From NCBI GenBank assembly GCA_024402405.1, contig JAKSTW010000004.1:6253-70252 (forward strand): a stretch of 64,000 bases of DNA, written 5' to 3'. Every line of letters starts with the position of its first letter. The first letter of the stretch is position 1. This stretch comes from Spirochaetia bacterium. Lineage in GTDB: Bacteria > Spirochaetota > Spirochaetia > CADAEX01. The notes beneath the pieces were generated by a model that saw only the letters and a program-made list of their open reading frames with translations, did not search any database and was not told the DNA's origin. A program made the translations under genes and the position numbers. Shown here piece after piece: positions 37,390-47,657 of this stretch.

Positions 37390-38481
37390 TCAGTTTTCCT
37401 TTGCAAATTTTTTCATGAATTCGACCAGTGCTTTGACGCCATCCAGTGTCATTGCATTGTAGATACTTGCTCTCATTCCACCTACCAGACGGTGTCCTGC
37501 CAGGTTCACAAGTCCTGCGGCTGCAGCTTCCTTGACAAATTTCTTGTTGATGGCATCAGCTGCCTCACCTGTGTACTTTGTCAGGAAAGGAACGTTCATA
37601 AGTGATCTGCTGCCCTTGTCGACTGTAGCATGGTAGAAATCGTTGTTGTCCAGATAATTGTAGAGATAATCTGCCTTCTCCTTATTGCGTTTCAGCATTC
37701 CTTCTGCTCCGCCGTTCCTGTCGATCCAGTGAAGAACTTTTCCGACCACGTAGATAGCATGGCAAGGAGGTGTGTTGTACATGCTCTCTCCGTCAACATG
37801 TGTCTTGTAGGAGAGCATTGTAGGAGTTCCCGGCAGAGGATTCTCAGTGATCAGATCTTCTCTGATGATTACTACTGTGGCACCTGCAGGTCCCAGGTTC
37901 TTCTGTGCTCCTGCGAAGAGAACACCAAACTTTGTCACATCCAGTGGCTCACTGAGGATGCATGATGAAATATCTGCAACCAGCGGAATATTTCCTGTGT
38001 CCGGAATATATTCATAATGGGTTCCCATGATCGTATTGTTGAAGCAGATATATGCATAATCGTAATCTCCCTCAATTTTCTCAACTTTTGGAATGTAACA
38101 GAATCCTCTGTCCTCGGAAGATGCTATCTCATCAACTGTGATGAATTTTTTTGCTTCAGCTGCGGCTTTCTTTGCCCATACACCTGTTCTGATATATGCT
38201 GCCTTCTTATATTTTGTTCCCAGGTTCAGAGGGATCATTGCAAACTGAGTTGAACCGCCACCCTGAAGGAAAAGGATCTTGTAGTTCTCAGGAACATTCA
38301 TGAGCTTTCTTACCATTGCTTCTGCATCCTGAATGATCGGCTTATATGCCGCAGAGCGGTGGCTCATTTCCATGACTGACTGGCCTGTTCCATTGTAGTT
38401 GAGCATCTCGGCTGCGCATTCTTTCAAAACTTCTTCAGGCAGGCATGAAGGACCTGCGGAAAAATTGTAAACTCTATCCAT
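37390..38481 (-). CDS. serC: phosphoserine aminotransferase
   Basis: 363 aa class-V aminotransferase with N-terminal FSAGP-type motif (NFSAGPS). Confidence 0.88.
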   Translation of the reverse strand: MDRVYNFSAGPSCLPEEVLKECAAEMLNYNGTGQSVMEMSHRSAAYKPIIQDAEAMVRKLMNVPENYKILFLQGGGSTQFAMIPLNLGTKYKKAAYIRTGVWAKKAAAEAKKFITVDEIASSEDRGFCYIPKVEKIEGDYDYAYICFNNTIMGTHYEYIPDTGNIPLVADISSCILSEPLDVTKFGVLFAGAQKNLGPAGATVVIIREDLITENPLPGTPTMLSYKTHVDGESMYNTPPCHAIYVVGKVLHWIDRNGGAEGMLKRNKEKADYLYNYLDNNDFYHATVDKGSRSLMNVPFLTKYTGEAADAINKKFVKEAAAAGLVNLAGHRLVGGMRASIYNAMTLDGVKALVEFMKKFAKEN

Positions 38482-38484
38482 ATT

Positions 38485-39111
38485 CTACTCCTTTTGGATA
38501 CTTGGTATCATTGCTGAAAGAAATCTTAATTCTTCAGTAAAATGTACATTCCTAACAATTATATCTTTATCTCCCAATATAGCGGAAGAAAAATTCAGAA
38601 TTCCCTTTATGCCGCCTTCCTTCATCCTCTGAAGGGTGCTTTCTGCGGCCTGGGCAGGTACGGCTATTATGCCGAAATCAATATTCATCTCCTTTATCCT
38701 GTCTGTCATCTCGCAGGCAGGGAAAAGCGGTACGGAAGTCCTCATGACCTCCAGTCTGTTTATGTTGCTGTCAAATCCTGCAACTATCATATACTGGCCA
38801 TTCTCAATGACCGGGTTCTTTATGAAAGAACTTCCCAGCAGTCCTATCCCGGCTATACATACCCTGACCGGTCTGTCAAACCTGAACAGATCTTTTATGA
38901 AATCCGCAAGTTCTCCGGCGCTGTATCCCTGGGTGGAACTTTTCAGCTTTCCGGCCAGACTCAGGTCTTTTCTTATTGTGCAGGCAGAGATCTTTGTGAG
39001 CTTTTCCAGGCTGGAAGAGGTCAGAATTTCGTTTCTGTCCATTCCTTCCAGAACCCTGTAAAGCAGACAAAGCCTTGTTATTGCCTGTACCGGCAGATTT
39101 TCCTTCGCCAT
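38485..39111 (-). CDS. rex: redox-sensing transcriptional repressor Rex
   Basis: 208 aa. N-terminal winged helix (AITRLCLLYRVL) and Rossmann NAD(H) site (VCIAGIGLLGSS). 3 nt upstream of serC. Confidence 0.85.
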   Translation of the reverse strand: MAKENLPVQAITRLCLLYRVLEGMDRNEILTSSSLEKLTKISACTIRKDLSLAGKLKSSTQGYSAGELADFIKDLFRFDRPVRVCIAGIGLLGSSFIKNPVIENGQYMIVAGFDSNINRLEVMRTSVPLFPACEMTDRIKEMNIDFGIIAVPAQAAESTLQRMKEGGIKGILNFSSAILGDKDIIVRNVHFTEELRFLSAMIPSIQKE

Positions 39112-39120
39112 AAACTTCCC

Positions 39121-39137
39121 TTGTGAAAATTTTCACA
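39121..39137. promoter_or_regulatory. Rex operator (TTGTGAAAATTTTCACA)
   Basis: 16-bp perfect palindrome TGTGAAAATTTTCACA. Matches the Rex consensus TTGTGAA-N4-TTCACAA in 17 of 18 positions. Lies 10 nt upstream of the rex start codon. Confidence 0.6.
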
Positions 39138-39195
39138 GACAGTATATGAAATTTATCTTTGATTGTCAATATACAATATGATATAATACCACAAT

Positions 39196-40431
39196 ATGAA
39201 AAAAATAGTTGTTTTATTTTTGATTTTTTTTGCGTCCGTATCTGCATTCAGCCAGGATATGACTTCCTATGCTTACAGTGATGGTGCGGCGCGGATCGTT
39301 CAGGATGGAGAAAACAGCATTATTTATCTTGGAACATCTGTGAATGATGGTTCCTGCATCACGCTGAAATTTTCCAAAGAGACTGCCTCAGCCGCAGCTT
39401 CTTTTTATAACGGTGAGAAATTCAGCTCTTTCTCATGCTCAAATCTTGTCCCTGTCCATGAGGCCACTTTTTATTTTGCAGCTCTTGGATTTGTTCCTGA
39501 CAAGATCGTCGTTAATTTTAAGGATGATAGATCTGCAATAACAGGACTGAGTGTAAAAACATTTGAGAATTCTGATTTCCCGCCATTGTCTCCGCTGCCT
39601 GCTGATCTCAGTCAGATTCTTGCCGTGGATGAGCATACATGGCGGTACAGCGACTGGGAAGTGTATCAGTGGGAGAGTTTCCCGGGCATTCTGGTGTTTG
39701 ATACATTGAACTATGATATTCAGAGCAATATTTTCAAGCGGCTCTCATTTTTTGTGGAAAAAAGAGGATTTACCGGCAGGATCCACAGTTTCAGCACACT
39801 TTCCGGCAAGGCTGACTGGAACGGACATAATTATCTGTCTGCAGATCTTGCTGAGTTTTTCAATGAAGCTGAGAGAACTGGAATCGTGCTGACTTCCGGA
39901 GAGCGATATCTCCGTGAACTGCTGCTTTCCTGCGGAATCATTGAGAAGTCGGATTCAGGTTATACCGGCAATGATCATACGGGTGTTATCTCCATTTCCA
40001 GAGAGTCGGGTTCTTATCTGCGTGGCCTGCTGCTGACCCACGAGGGATTTCATGGGCTGTATTATGCGGTTCCTGCTGTAAGAGAGCTCGTGGAGGATGG
40101 ATGGGACAGTCTGGCTGATCCTTCCAGAGAGATCTGGCTTGATTATCTGAGGACTTCAAAAGGCTGGAATTATAATTATGAGGATATGTATCTGGTGAAG
40201 AATGAACTGTTTGGCTATATGATGCAGCAGCGTTATTTCGCTGAATATTTTGATAATTTTCTTTACCCGAGAGTTCTGAAGAATTGCAGTGAGAAGAGTG
40301 CGTATTATTCTGAGCACAAGGATGAGATACGTACTGATATGATAAAACTTGCTGAGAATTTGAATTCTTTTCTTGGGACAGGTCTCGGACTTTCAGCCGG
40401 AAATCTTATTTATATCAGAGAGATCAAGTGA
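39196..40431 (+). CDS. secreted hypothetical protein (411 aa)
   Basis: Signal peptide MKKIVVLFLIFFASVSAFSQD. No recognisable catalytic motif. Confidence 0.4.
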   Translation: MKKIVVLFLIFFASVSAFSQDMTSYAYSDGAARIVQDGENSIIYLGTSVNDGSCITLKFSKETASAAASFYNGEKFSSFSCSNLVPVHEATFYFAALGFVPDKIVVNFKDDRSAITGLSVKTFENSDFPPLSPLPADLSQILAVDEHTWRYSDWEVYQWESFPGILVFDTLNYDIQSNIFKRLSFFVEKRGFTGRIHSFSTLSGKADWNGHNYLSADLAEFFNEAERTGIVLTSGERYLRELLLSCGIIEKSDSGYTGNDHTGVISISRESGSYLRGLLLTHEGFHGLYYAVPAVRELVEDGWDSLADPSREIWLDYLRTSKGWNYNYEDMYLVKNELFGYMMQQRYFAEYFDNFLYPRVLKNCSEKSAYYSEHKDEIRTDMIKLAENLNSFLGTGLGLSAGNLIYIREIK

Positions 40432-41050
40432 TATGTCTTGGGCAGAGGTCTGAGAGAAAGCACCTGTCACATTCCGGATTTCTTGCATGGCAGCATTCTC
40501 TTCCGTGAAGGTTTGCTGTCATGGAAAATCTGTACTGCATGGCAGGCGGTATAATTCTTCTTATGTCCATCTCCACTTTTTCCGGTTCTTTGCTGTCTGT
40601 AAGTCCCAGCCTGTAAGTTACACGTTTGAAATGAGTGTCAACTATCACTGCCGGCTGGCTGAACACAGTTCCTACCACCACATTGGCTGTTTTTCTCCCT
40701 ACACCAGGAATCTTGACTAATTCTTCTATTTTGTCAGGCACCCGGCCATCATATTTTTCCAGCAGCATTTTTGCCGCCTCTTTTATATTCCGGGCTTTTG
40801 CGTGAAAGAATCCAGTGGCATGAATTATTTTTTCAAGCTGTGCTATGTCTGCCTCAGCCATAAGCTGTGGGGTAGGGAAGTTTCTGAAAAGCTCCGGGGC
40901 CACTCTCATTACCTGCTGATCTGTGGTCTGTGCGCTGAGAATCACACATATAAGCAGTTCGAAATTGTTTCTGAATTTCAGGAACTGTATATCTGCCGGG
41001 TATTTTTCATCCAGCCTGCGAAGGATTTCATCTGTATTTTTGCACATCAT
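40424..41050 (-). CDS. nth: endonuclease III (DNA glycosylase/AP lyase)
   Basis: HhH-GPD fold (IPGVGRKTANVV) and a 4Fe-4S loop CHARNPECDRCFLSDLC. Confidence 0.85.
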   Translation of the reverse strand: MMCKNTDEILRRLDEKYPADIQFLKFRNNFELLICVILSAQTTDQQVMRVAPELFRNFPTPQLMAEADIAQLEKIIHATGFFHAKARNIKEAAKMLLEKYDGRVPDKIEELVKIPGVGRKTANVVVGTVFSQPAVIVDTHFKRVTYRLGLTDSKEPEKVEMDIRRIIPPAMQYRFSMTANLHGRECCHARNPECDRCFLSDLCPRHIT

Positions 41051-41115
41051 AAAAAGAAAATATCATTTCTTACTTGACCCTGTAAAGAGAATTCTTTATA
41101 CTGTTAAATATATTA

Positions 41116-41188
41116 CGGAATGTGGCCCAGTGGCTAGGGCACCTGCTTTGGGAGCAGGGTATCGTGGGTTCGAGTCTCACCATTCCGA
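41116..41188 (+). tRNA. tRNA-Pro (anticodon TGG)
   Basis: Acceptor CGGAATG/CATTCCG, anticodon loop tTTGGGa, GGTTCGAGTCTC T-arm. Confidence 0.85.
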
Positions 41189-41192
41189 CTAA

Positions 41193-41219
41193 TCTCTCCC
41201 TCGAGGAGAGATTTTTTTT
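41193..41219 (+). terminator. rho-independent terminator after tRNA-Pro
   Basis: TCTCTCC-ctcga-GGAGAGA hairpin followed by TTTTTTTT. Confidence 0.6.
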
Positions 41220-41222
41220 GCC

Positions 41223-43361
41223 CTAATTCCTTGTCAGGATCCAGCACTTATGTATTTTTGTATTTCTTGCATAATCGAAAGGTATGCTGCTCTTTGTGAT
41301 ATCTTCGACATTAAATGATTCTGACAGGCTGTCATCCAGCTCGAATTTCCTTGAGTTTGTGGAAAATATTATTTTTCCTCCATTGTTCAGACTGTTTCCT
41401 GCCAGTCTCAATAGGGAGGCATGATCCCGCTGTATGTCGAATATATTTTCCCTGCTCTTTGAATTGGAGAAAGTAGGGGGATCAATGAAGATCAGATCAA
41501 ATTTCTGCTGGTTCTTCTGAAGAAATTCTATTGAATCGCATTTTATGAAATCATGCTCTTTGGGATTCAGACCATTGAGCTGAAAATTCCGCTGTCCCCA
41601 ATCCAGGTAGGTCGATGATGTATCCACACTGACTGCCTTGACAGCTCCGCCTGTTACTGCATATATGGATGCTGTGCATGTGTATGCGAACAGGTTCAAG
41701 AATTTTTTGCCCTGGCTTTCCTGCTTTATGAGACTGCGCACATCCCGGTGATCAAGGAAAATTCCGGTATCCAGATAGTCGTAGAAGTTCACATAGAATT
41801 TTATTCCGTTTTCCTGCATTATCTCGAACTTGCCTGTATTGCTGTTCTTCTCATATTGCATTGCTCCGTGCTGTTTTTCCCTGCGTCGGATAAATATATT
41901 TTCCCTGTCTGTATACTGGGTAAGGACCTGCTCCATTTCTTTTATCCGCCGTTTTGTCTTTGTCGGGTCTATATATGCAGGAGCCGCATATTCCTGAAGA
42001 TAGATCCATTTGTCCTCATAAAAATCAATGGCTGCGGAATAATCAGGCATATCCGCGTCATAGATCCTGTAGCTTGTCACACCCAGCCTTCTGGCTGTTT
42101 TTCTCATCAGCTTAAGGTTTTTGGCTATCCTGTTGGCGAACATCTGTGCTGCCGGAGAGAGTTCATGCTCATGCTCTTCCCTGTACTCAGGATCCAGTGA
42201 GAATACTGCAGAGATACATTCCAGCGGACCATTGTACAATTTGTTTACTTTGGTTGCTTTAAGTCCTGTCTTTCTGGCCAGTTCCTGATCTCCGGTTATG
42301 AAGAATCCCTTCCATCCGTTGAAACGTTCCTTGAAAATGTTTCCCATATCAGCATACAGCTGTTTCAGCTGCTCTTTTTCGCCCAGACGCTCGCCGTATG
42401 GCGGATTCACGCCGATCAACCCAGGGGCACCTGCATTATCAGGGATGGAGAGTTTGTGTATTTCCTTCTTTGATATCCTTATTTTATCCAGAAGTTCCGG
42501 ATACATGGAGAAAGCCTTTGAGACATTTTTCCTGGCAGCGTTGACAGAATCAGTGCTGTAGTCGAAACCGAACACATTCGGTACTGATGGTATGGATTGG
42601 GTTATGAGCTCTGTAGCTTCCTGCCGTATTTCCTCCCAGAGATTCCGGTTGAATTTTCTCCAGTTCTTGAAGCAGAAATAGTTCCGGTCGAAAGCAGGCG
42701 GAATATTTGCAGCCATCATCACTGACTCGATCACCAGTGTTCCTGAGCCGCACATTGGATCTATGAAGCTGCCTCCTGATGCTGCCACGTCCTGCCAGTT
42801 TCCACGGTACAGCAATGCTGCTGCCGCATTTTCCTTGAGTGGAGCCTCCACATGGGCTATCCTGTATCCTCTTCTGTGCAGTGAGTCACCGGCCATATCC
42901 AGACTGACAGTGCCTCTGTCCCTGTTTATGAAAAAATTTATTCTGATATCCGGCTGTTCTGTCTCTACATCAGGACGTTTTCCGGTCTTTTTCCTGAAAC
43001 TGTCAGCTATTCCGTCTTTTACTACCAGTGACAGATATGCATTGTTCCTGAAGTTTGCTGTCGCCAGGACAGTATCTACCGCAAAAGTCCTTGACAGTGA
43101 GAAGATGCTGTCCCAGTCATAGTTGACTACATTCTTATATATGTCTTTCTCGTTTTTTACAGTGAATTCCATAAGATTCAGCAGTACTTTCGATGCCACC
43201 CTGGACCAGAGGCATACTTTCAGACCATCTTTCTGAGTTCCTCTGAAAGAGACATTTCCCTGTCCCATTGTATATTTCCTGATTCCAAGAGCTTCCAGCT
43301 CTTTTGCGATAAGGTTCTCGTAGCCGTTGGCCGAGGTCACTGTAAAATTGAAAAGTTCCAT
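41223..43361 (-). CDS. rlmL: bifunctional 23S rRNA methyltransferase RlmKL (m2G2445/m7G2069)
   Basis: 712 aa. N-terminal THUMP and class I MTase (DPMCGSGT), C-terminal second SAM-MTase domain (VNPPYG, DPPTFSNS). Confidence 0.75.
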   Translation of the reverse strand: MELFNFTVTSANGYENLIAKELEALGIRKYTMGQGNVSFRGTQKDGLKVCLWSRVASKVLLNLMEFTVKNEKDIYKNVVNYDWDSIFSLSRTFAVDTVLATANFRNNAYLSLVVKDGIADSFRKKTGKRPDVETEQPDIRINFFINRDRGTVSLDMAGDSLHRRGYRIAHVEAPLKENAAAALLYRGNWQDVAASGGSFIDPMCGSGTLVIESVMMAANIPPAFDRNYFCFKNWRKFNRNLWEEIRQEATELITQSIPSVPNVFGFDYSTDSVNAARKNVSKAFSMYPELLDKIRISKKEIHKLSIPDNAGAPGLIGVNPPYGERLGEKEQLKQLYADMGNIFKERFNGWKGFFITGDQELARKTGLKATKVNKLYNGPLECISAVFSLDPEYREEHEHELSPAAQMFANRIAKNLKLMRKTARRLGVTSYRIYDADMPDYSAAIDFYEDKWIYLQEYAAPAYIDPTKTKRRIKEMEQVLTQYTDRENIFIRRREKQHGAMQYEKNSNTGKFEIMQENGIKFYVNFYDYLDTGIFLDHRDVRSLIKQESQGKKFLNLFAYTCTASIYAVTGGAVKAVSVDTSSTYLDWGQRNFQLNGLNPKEHDFIKCDSIEFLQKNQQKFDLIFIDPPTFSNSKSRENIFDIQRDHASLLRLAGNSLNNGGKIIFSTNSRKFELDDSLSESFNVEDITKSSIPFDYARNTKIHKCWILTRN

Positions 43362-43452
43362 AGTTTAACGATAACTTTTTTTCCTGTCTGAAACAAGAAG
43401 GTTGATAATTCAGATGTTGTATTTTGTGCTGAATTCTTTTATGCTTTCAGTT

Positions 43453-45828
43453 ATGGAAAAGAAATTACCTGATATTCTTGCTCCGGCAGGAGATATGGAT
43501 TGTGCCAAAGCCGCCATACTGGCCGGGGCTGATGCTTTATATATCGGTCTCAGAAAATTCAACGCCAGAGAACGTGCAGTGAACATAGGAATTCCTGAAC
43601 TTAAGGAAATCATTTCTATTGCCCATGCCAGAAATGTGAAAGTTTATGTCACCATGAATACCCTTCTGACAGAAGCTGAGCTCCCTGAGGCTTTTCAGAC
43701 CGCATCTGAGATTTACAGCTCCGGTGCTGATGCTCTTATTGTACAGGATCCCGGACTGATCTGGCTTCTTCATCAGTATATACCTGATCTGGAACTCCAT
43801 GCATCAACCCAGATGACCACCCATAACTGCTGCCAGCTGGATTATCTTAAAAGCCTCGGAATAAAAAATGTGAATTTTGCCAGGGAACTTTCTTGTTCTG
43901 AACTTAAAAAAGCTGTTTCTTATGCCGGGGATCTGGGAATCAGAACTGAGATCTTTGTCCACGGGGCATACTGCATATCATGTTCCGGCATCTGCTATAT
44001 GAGTTCTTTTATTTCCGCTCAGGCTGGAAACCGTGGCAAATGTCTTCAGCCATGCAGACGCAGGTACAGCCTGAAACCTGGCGGAGAGAAAAAATATTTT
44101 TTCAGTCTTAAAGATAATAATGCGCTGGATAATCTGGAGCAGATCATGGATTCCGGAGCTGAGGCTCTGAAAATAGAGGGACGGATCAAGAATTACAGTT
44201 ATGTTTATACCACTGTCTCTGCATGGCGTGAGCATCTGGACAGCTTGCTGCATCCGGGGGATATCTCTTTTCAGTCTGATGTGAGCAAGGTTTTCAACAG
44301 AGGATTCAGTACCGGATATTTTGATGGCAGGATCTCGCCTGCTATGTTTGTTGAGTCTCCGTTGGATCAGGCTATGGTACAAGCTGGTACAGTCCTTTCG
44401 TTCAATGCAGACCAGCAGCTTCTGACAGTGGATAATAAATGTGCAGATATTGAAGTCGGCGCACGGATAAATATTTATACTGCTGAAAATGCCTTTGTCT
44501 GCGGTGCTGTGGTGAGAGAGGCCGTGGACGACAGCCGGTTTGTTATTACCATCGAGAATCTGCTTCATGGCAAGATTCTGAGAGGCCAGCTGGTTACATT
44601 GTTTCCGGAACCATCCAGAATGGCGGAATTAAAGACTGATATCAACAGTCTTAAGGCTGAGAATGTGCCGTTTGATGTGGCTGTCTCAGGTTCTGCAGGG
44701 CAGCCTCTGAAAGCTGTTTTTTCTGCAGCTGGCAGATCTGTGACTGTGGAGAGTGCTGTCTTGCTGGAGAATGCAAAAAATGTAGGACTGACTTTGGATA
44801 ATGTAAAGGAACAGTTCGAGAAGACTGGCGGACAGCTGTGTGTGCTGGGCGATATGTCTGATGCAGGTCTTCAGCCTGATCTCTTCCTGCCTGTAAGGGA
44901 ATTGAACCGTATGCGCAGGGAAGGGCTTGAGAGGCTGTTCACCAGGGAGGCTGTTTCCGAATATCCGGTGAAAAAGGCATATCATTTCGGTAAAAGAAAA
45001 GCAGCTGTTCTGGTTTCTTCTCCTGGAGATGCCATGCTGTTTGCTGATAAGGCTGATTTTGTCTTTATGGAAGTTTTTCCTGGAATGGACTGTGGTATAT
45101 TCAATGAAAAAAATCATGTATATCCATGGTTCCCGCCGTTTATTCCGGACAGTCAGGTGGACTTCTACATTTCTGTCCTTGAACAAAAGCCTGAATATCT
45201 GGTTTCTGATAACGCCGGGCTGGGACTGATGGCTTCAAAATATGGATGCCGCTGGATAGCCGGACCGATGCTGAACAGTGCGAACAGTTTCGCATTCGAG
45301 GCTTATAGCAAGAGCTGCGGTGCCTGGGGCGGGTTCATGTCTGATGAGCTTAACGAGGAACAGCTGGCAGATATATCAGCTCCTGGAAATTTTTCAGTCT
45401 TCATGCGTATTTTCGGCCCTGTCACCATGATGACCACCAGACAGTGTCTGCTGGCTTCTGCAGGCAGATGTCGCAGCGGAAGAAATATGTTCACTGATGA
45501 GTGTGTCCGCAATTGTCATGGCTGGGAAAAATTTTATGATGAGAAGAATATTCCTTTTCATATTGTGAAGAGCCGTGGATATGTGAACAGGGTATTCAAT
45601 GATTCTGTGCTGTTCTTGCCTGAGGCATGTTCATATATCAATGCTGATTATTTTCTGGTGGATCTCAGAAGTTTCCCTTTCTGCAATTATACAGAGAAAG
45701 AAAAGATGGAGATCTTTGATTTCTTCCGAAATACTGTGCAGCACGGCAGGGCTGACAGAAATTCTGCTGAAAATGTGAAAAAAATTGCAGGAAAAGTGAC
45801 CAGAGGAAATTATCAGAGGGGATTTTAA
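43453..45828 (+). CDS. peptidase U32-family protein (collagenase-like), long form
   Basis: N-terminal U32 domain (LAPAGDMDCAKAAILAGADALYIG, E-x-F-x-HGA). About 790 aa with C-terminal extensions. Start placed at MEKKLPDILAPAG. Confidence 0.7.
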   Translation: MEKKLPDILAPAGDMDCAKAAILAGADALYIGLRKFNARERAVNIGIPELKEIISIAHARNVKVYVTMNTLLTEAELPEAFQTASEIYSSGADALIVQDPGLIWLLHQYIPDLELHASTQMTTHNCCQLDYLKSLGIKNVNFARELSCSELKKAVSYAGDLGIRTEIFVHGAYCISCSGICYMSSFISAQAGNRGKCLQPCRRRYSLKPGGEKKYFFSLKDNNALDNLEQIMDSGAEALKIEGRIKNYSYVYTTVSAWREHLDSLLHPGDISFQSDVSKVFNRGFSTGYFDGRISPAMFVESPLDQAMVQAGTVLSFNADQQLLTVDNKCADIEVGARINIYTAENAFVCGAVVREAVDDSRFVITIENLLHGKILRGQLVTLFPEPSRMAELKTDINSLKAENVPFDVAVSGSAGQPLKAVFSAAGRSVTVESAVLLENAKNVGLTLDNVKEQFEKTGGQLCVLGDMSDAGLQPDLFLPVRELNRMRREGLERLFTREAVSEYPVKKAYHFGKRKAAVLVSSPGDAMLFADKADFVFMEVFPGMDCGIFNEKNHVYPWFPPFIPDSQVDFYISVLEQKPEYLVSDNAGLGLMASKYGCRWIAGPMLNSANSFAFEAYSKSCGAWGGFMSDELNEEQLADISAPGNFSVFMRIFGPVTMMTTRQCLLASAGRCRSGRNMFTDECVRNCHGWEKFYDEKNIPFHIVKSRGYVNRVFNDSVLFLPEACSYINADYFLVDLRSFPFCNYTEKEKMEIFDFFRNTVQHGRADRNSAENVKKIAGKVTRGNYQRGF

Positions 45829-45863
45829 TTGACTTATAAGTATAAATTCGGTAAAGTTTCGTT

Positions 45864-46349
45864 ATGCCAAAAGTAATTTTTCCTGGATCCTTTGATCCTG
45901 TGACCAATGGACACCTTAATGTAATCGACCGTGCTGTAAAAATCTTTGACAAGGTTGAAGTTGTAATATCAGTAAATCCCCAGAAAAATTATTTCTTTTC
46001 TGTAGAAGAGCGGTTTGAAATGTTATCAGCGCTGACAGCCCATTATGATAATGTGCATATCTCTGTATGGGATAAGCTTATAGTTGATTTTGCCGATAAG
46101 GTAGGCATATATCTTTTTATCCGCGGTGTCAGATCTCTCAATGATTTTGCCTATGAGTTTGAGCTTTCTCTTATGAACAGGGGACTGAACCATAAGATCG
46201 ACACTGTGTTCATTCCGACTGATTCGGAGTACTCGCTGCTCAGATCTTCTGCCATAAAAGAGCTTGCATATTTTGGCGGTGATGTCTCCAAGATGGTTCC
46301 TCCTATTGTGGAGAAAGCCCTGAAGGCAAAATTCAATACGGGGACTTGA
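45864..46349 (+). CDS. coaD: phosphopantetheine adenylyltransferase
   Basis: [19 protein letters not shown] (T/HxGH motif), 161 aa. Confidence 0.85.
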   Translation: MPKVIFPGSFDPVTNGHLNVIDRAVKIFDKVEVVISVNPQKNYFFSVEERFEMLSALTAHYDNVHISVWDKLIVDFADKVGIYLFIRGVRSLNDFAYEFELSLMNRGLNHKIDTVFIPTDSEYSLLRSSAIKELAYFGGDVSKMVPPIVEKALKAKFNTGT

Positions 46350-46428
46350 CAATATATTGACGATAAGTTAAATTTTCATAACTGTCTAATTGTAATTTGG
46401 AATATTTTTATATAAAGAGGTAATAAAA

Positions 46429-46617
46429 ATGGCTGTACCTAAAAGAAAGCCTTCAAAAGCAAGAAGTAGAAGAAGAGAAGCTATAAACATGAGACTTGAA
46501 AGTCCTGCACTTACAGAATGCTCAACATGCGGAAATAAGGTGGCTCGCCATCAGGTTTGTCCTAAATGTGGATTCTATAAGGGTAAACAGTATCTGGATC
46601 TGGAAGAAATGGCTTGA
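46429..46617 (+). CDS. rpmF: 50S ribosomal protein L32
   Basis: MAVPKRKPSKARSRRR N-terminus and a CxxC...CxxC zinc ribbon. 62 aa. Confidence 0.85.
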   Translation: MAVPKRKPSKARSRRREAINMRLESPALTECSTCGNKVARHQVCPKCGFYKGKQYLDLEEMA

Positions 46618-46641
46618 TAGCCTGAGCTGGGAGTAATACTT

Positions 46642-46878
46642 ATGGATGAAATATTCGAAAAAGTAAAGAAGATCATAGCTGATAAACTTGAGATAGATGA
46701 AAGCAGGATCACTATGGATGCTTCATTCCGCCAGGATTTGGGAGCTGATAGTCTGGATACTTACGAACTTATTTACGCATTGGAAGAGGAACTTGGAATA
46801 CAGATTCCTGATGAAAAAGCCAACGAGTTTGAGACAGTAGGTAACGCTGTAGAATTTATTAAGACTGCAGTAAAATAA
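46642..46878 (+). CDS. acpP: acyl carrier protein
   Basis: 78 aa with DLGADSLD phosphopantetheine attachment motif. Confidence 0.9.
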   Translation: MDEIFEKVKKIIADKLEIDESRITMDASFRQDLGADSLDTYELIYALEEELGIQIPDEKANEFETVGNAVEFIKTAVK

Positions 46879-46883
46879 TTTCA

Positions 46884-47657
46884 GTGTTTAATTCTCAAAA
46901 AAAAATTAATATCAGAGCTCCCAGAATAGAAGCCAGACGGCGGAGGGAGCTTTTATTATTTCAGAGTCAGGTTGGCCTGAAATTTAAAAACCTTGATTTA
47001 TTGAATCTCGCATTCTGTCATCGTTCTTATGTCAATGAGAGCAATGAGGATATCGACAACAATGAGAAGCTGGAATTTCTTGGCGATTCTGTGCTGGGCA
47101 TGGTTGTCAGTGAATATCTTTATAATTTTCTCATGGGCAAGGCAGAGGGAGAGCTGGCCCGTGTCAAATCATTTGTCGTCAGCGAGAATACTCTCAGTAA
47201 AATTGCAAAAGTCATAAGAATCGATAATTTTATTCTCATTGGAAAAGGTGAGGAATATTCTGGCGGACGAGAGAAGAAGGCCATCCTTGCGGATTGTATG
47301 GAGGCTATGTTCGGTGCATATTACCTGGATTCCGGACTGAAGCCTGTGAAAGAGTTCATACTGAGCTATCTGGTTCCTGAGATCATGTGTGTCATTGAAA
47401 ACAAGCACGAGAAAGATTATAAGACACTTCTTCAGGAATTTGTCCAGAAAAAATATAAGACATGTCCGAAATATAAGATGATCAAGAAGACTGGTCCTGA
47501 TCATGACCGTACATTTGTGGTTGAGGTTCATATAAAGGATGATGTGTTCGGACCTGGTGAAGGAAAAAATAAAAAGGCTGCTGAGCAGAGTGCTGCTGCC
47601 ATAGCTTATAAAGAATATATAAAAGTCACATCCACTGAAAATTCTGAAAAAGAGTAA
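46884..47657 (+). CDS. rnc: ribonuclease III
   Basis: EKLEFLGDSVL signature and a C-terminal dsRBD. Begins 6 nt after acpP. Confidence 0.85.
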   Translation: MFNSQKKINIRAPRIEARRRRELLLFQSQVGLKFKNLDLLNLAFCHRSYVNESNEDIDNNEKLEFLGDSVLGMVVSEYLYNFLMGKAEGELARVKSFVVSENTLSKIAKVIRIDNFILIGKGEEYSGGREKKAILADCMEAMFGAYYLDSGLKPVKEFILSYLVPEIMCVIENKHEKDYKTLLQEFVQKKYKTCPKYKMIKKTGPDHDRTFVVEVHIKDDVFGPGEGKNKKAAEQSAAAIAYKEYIKVTSTENSEKE

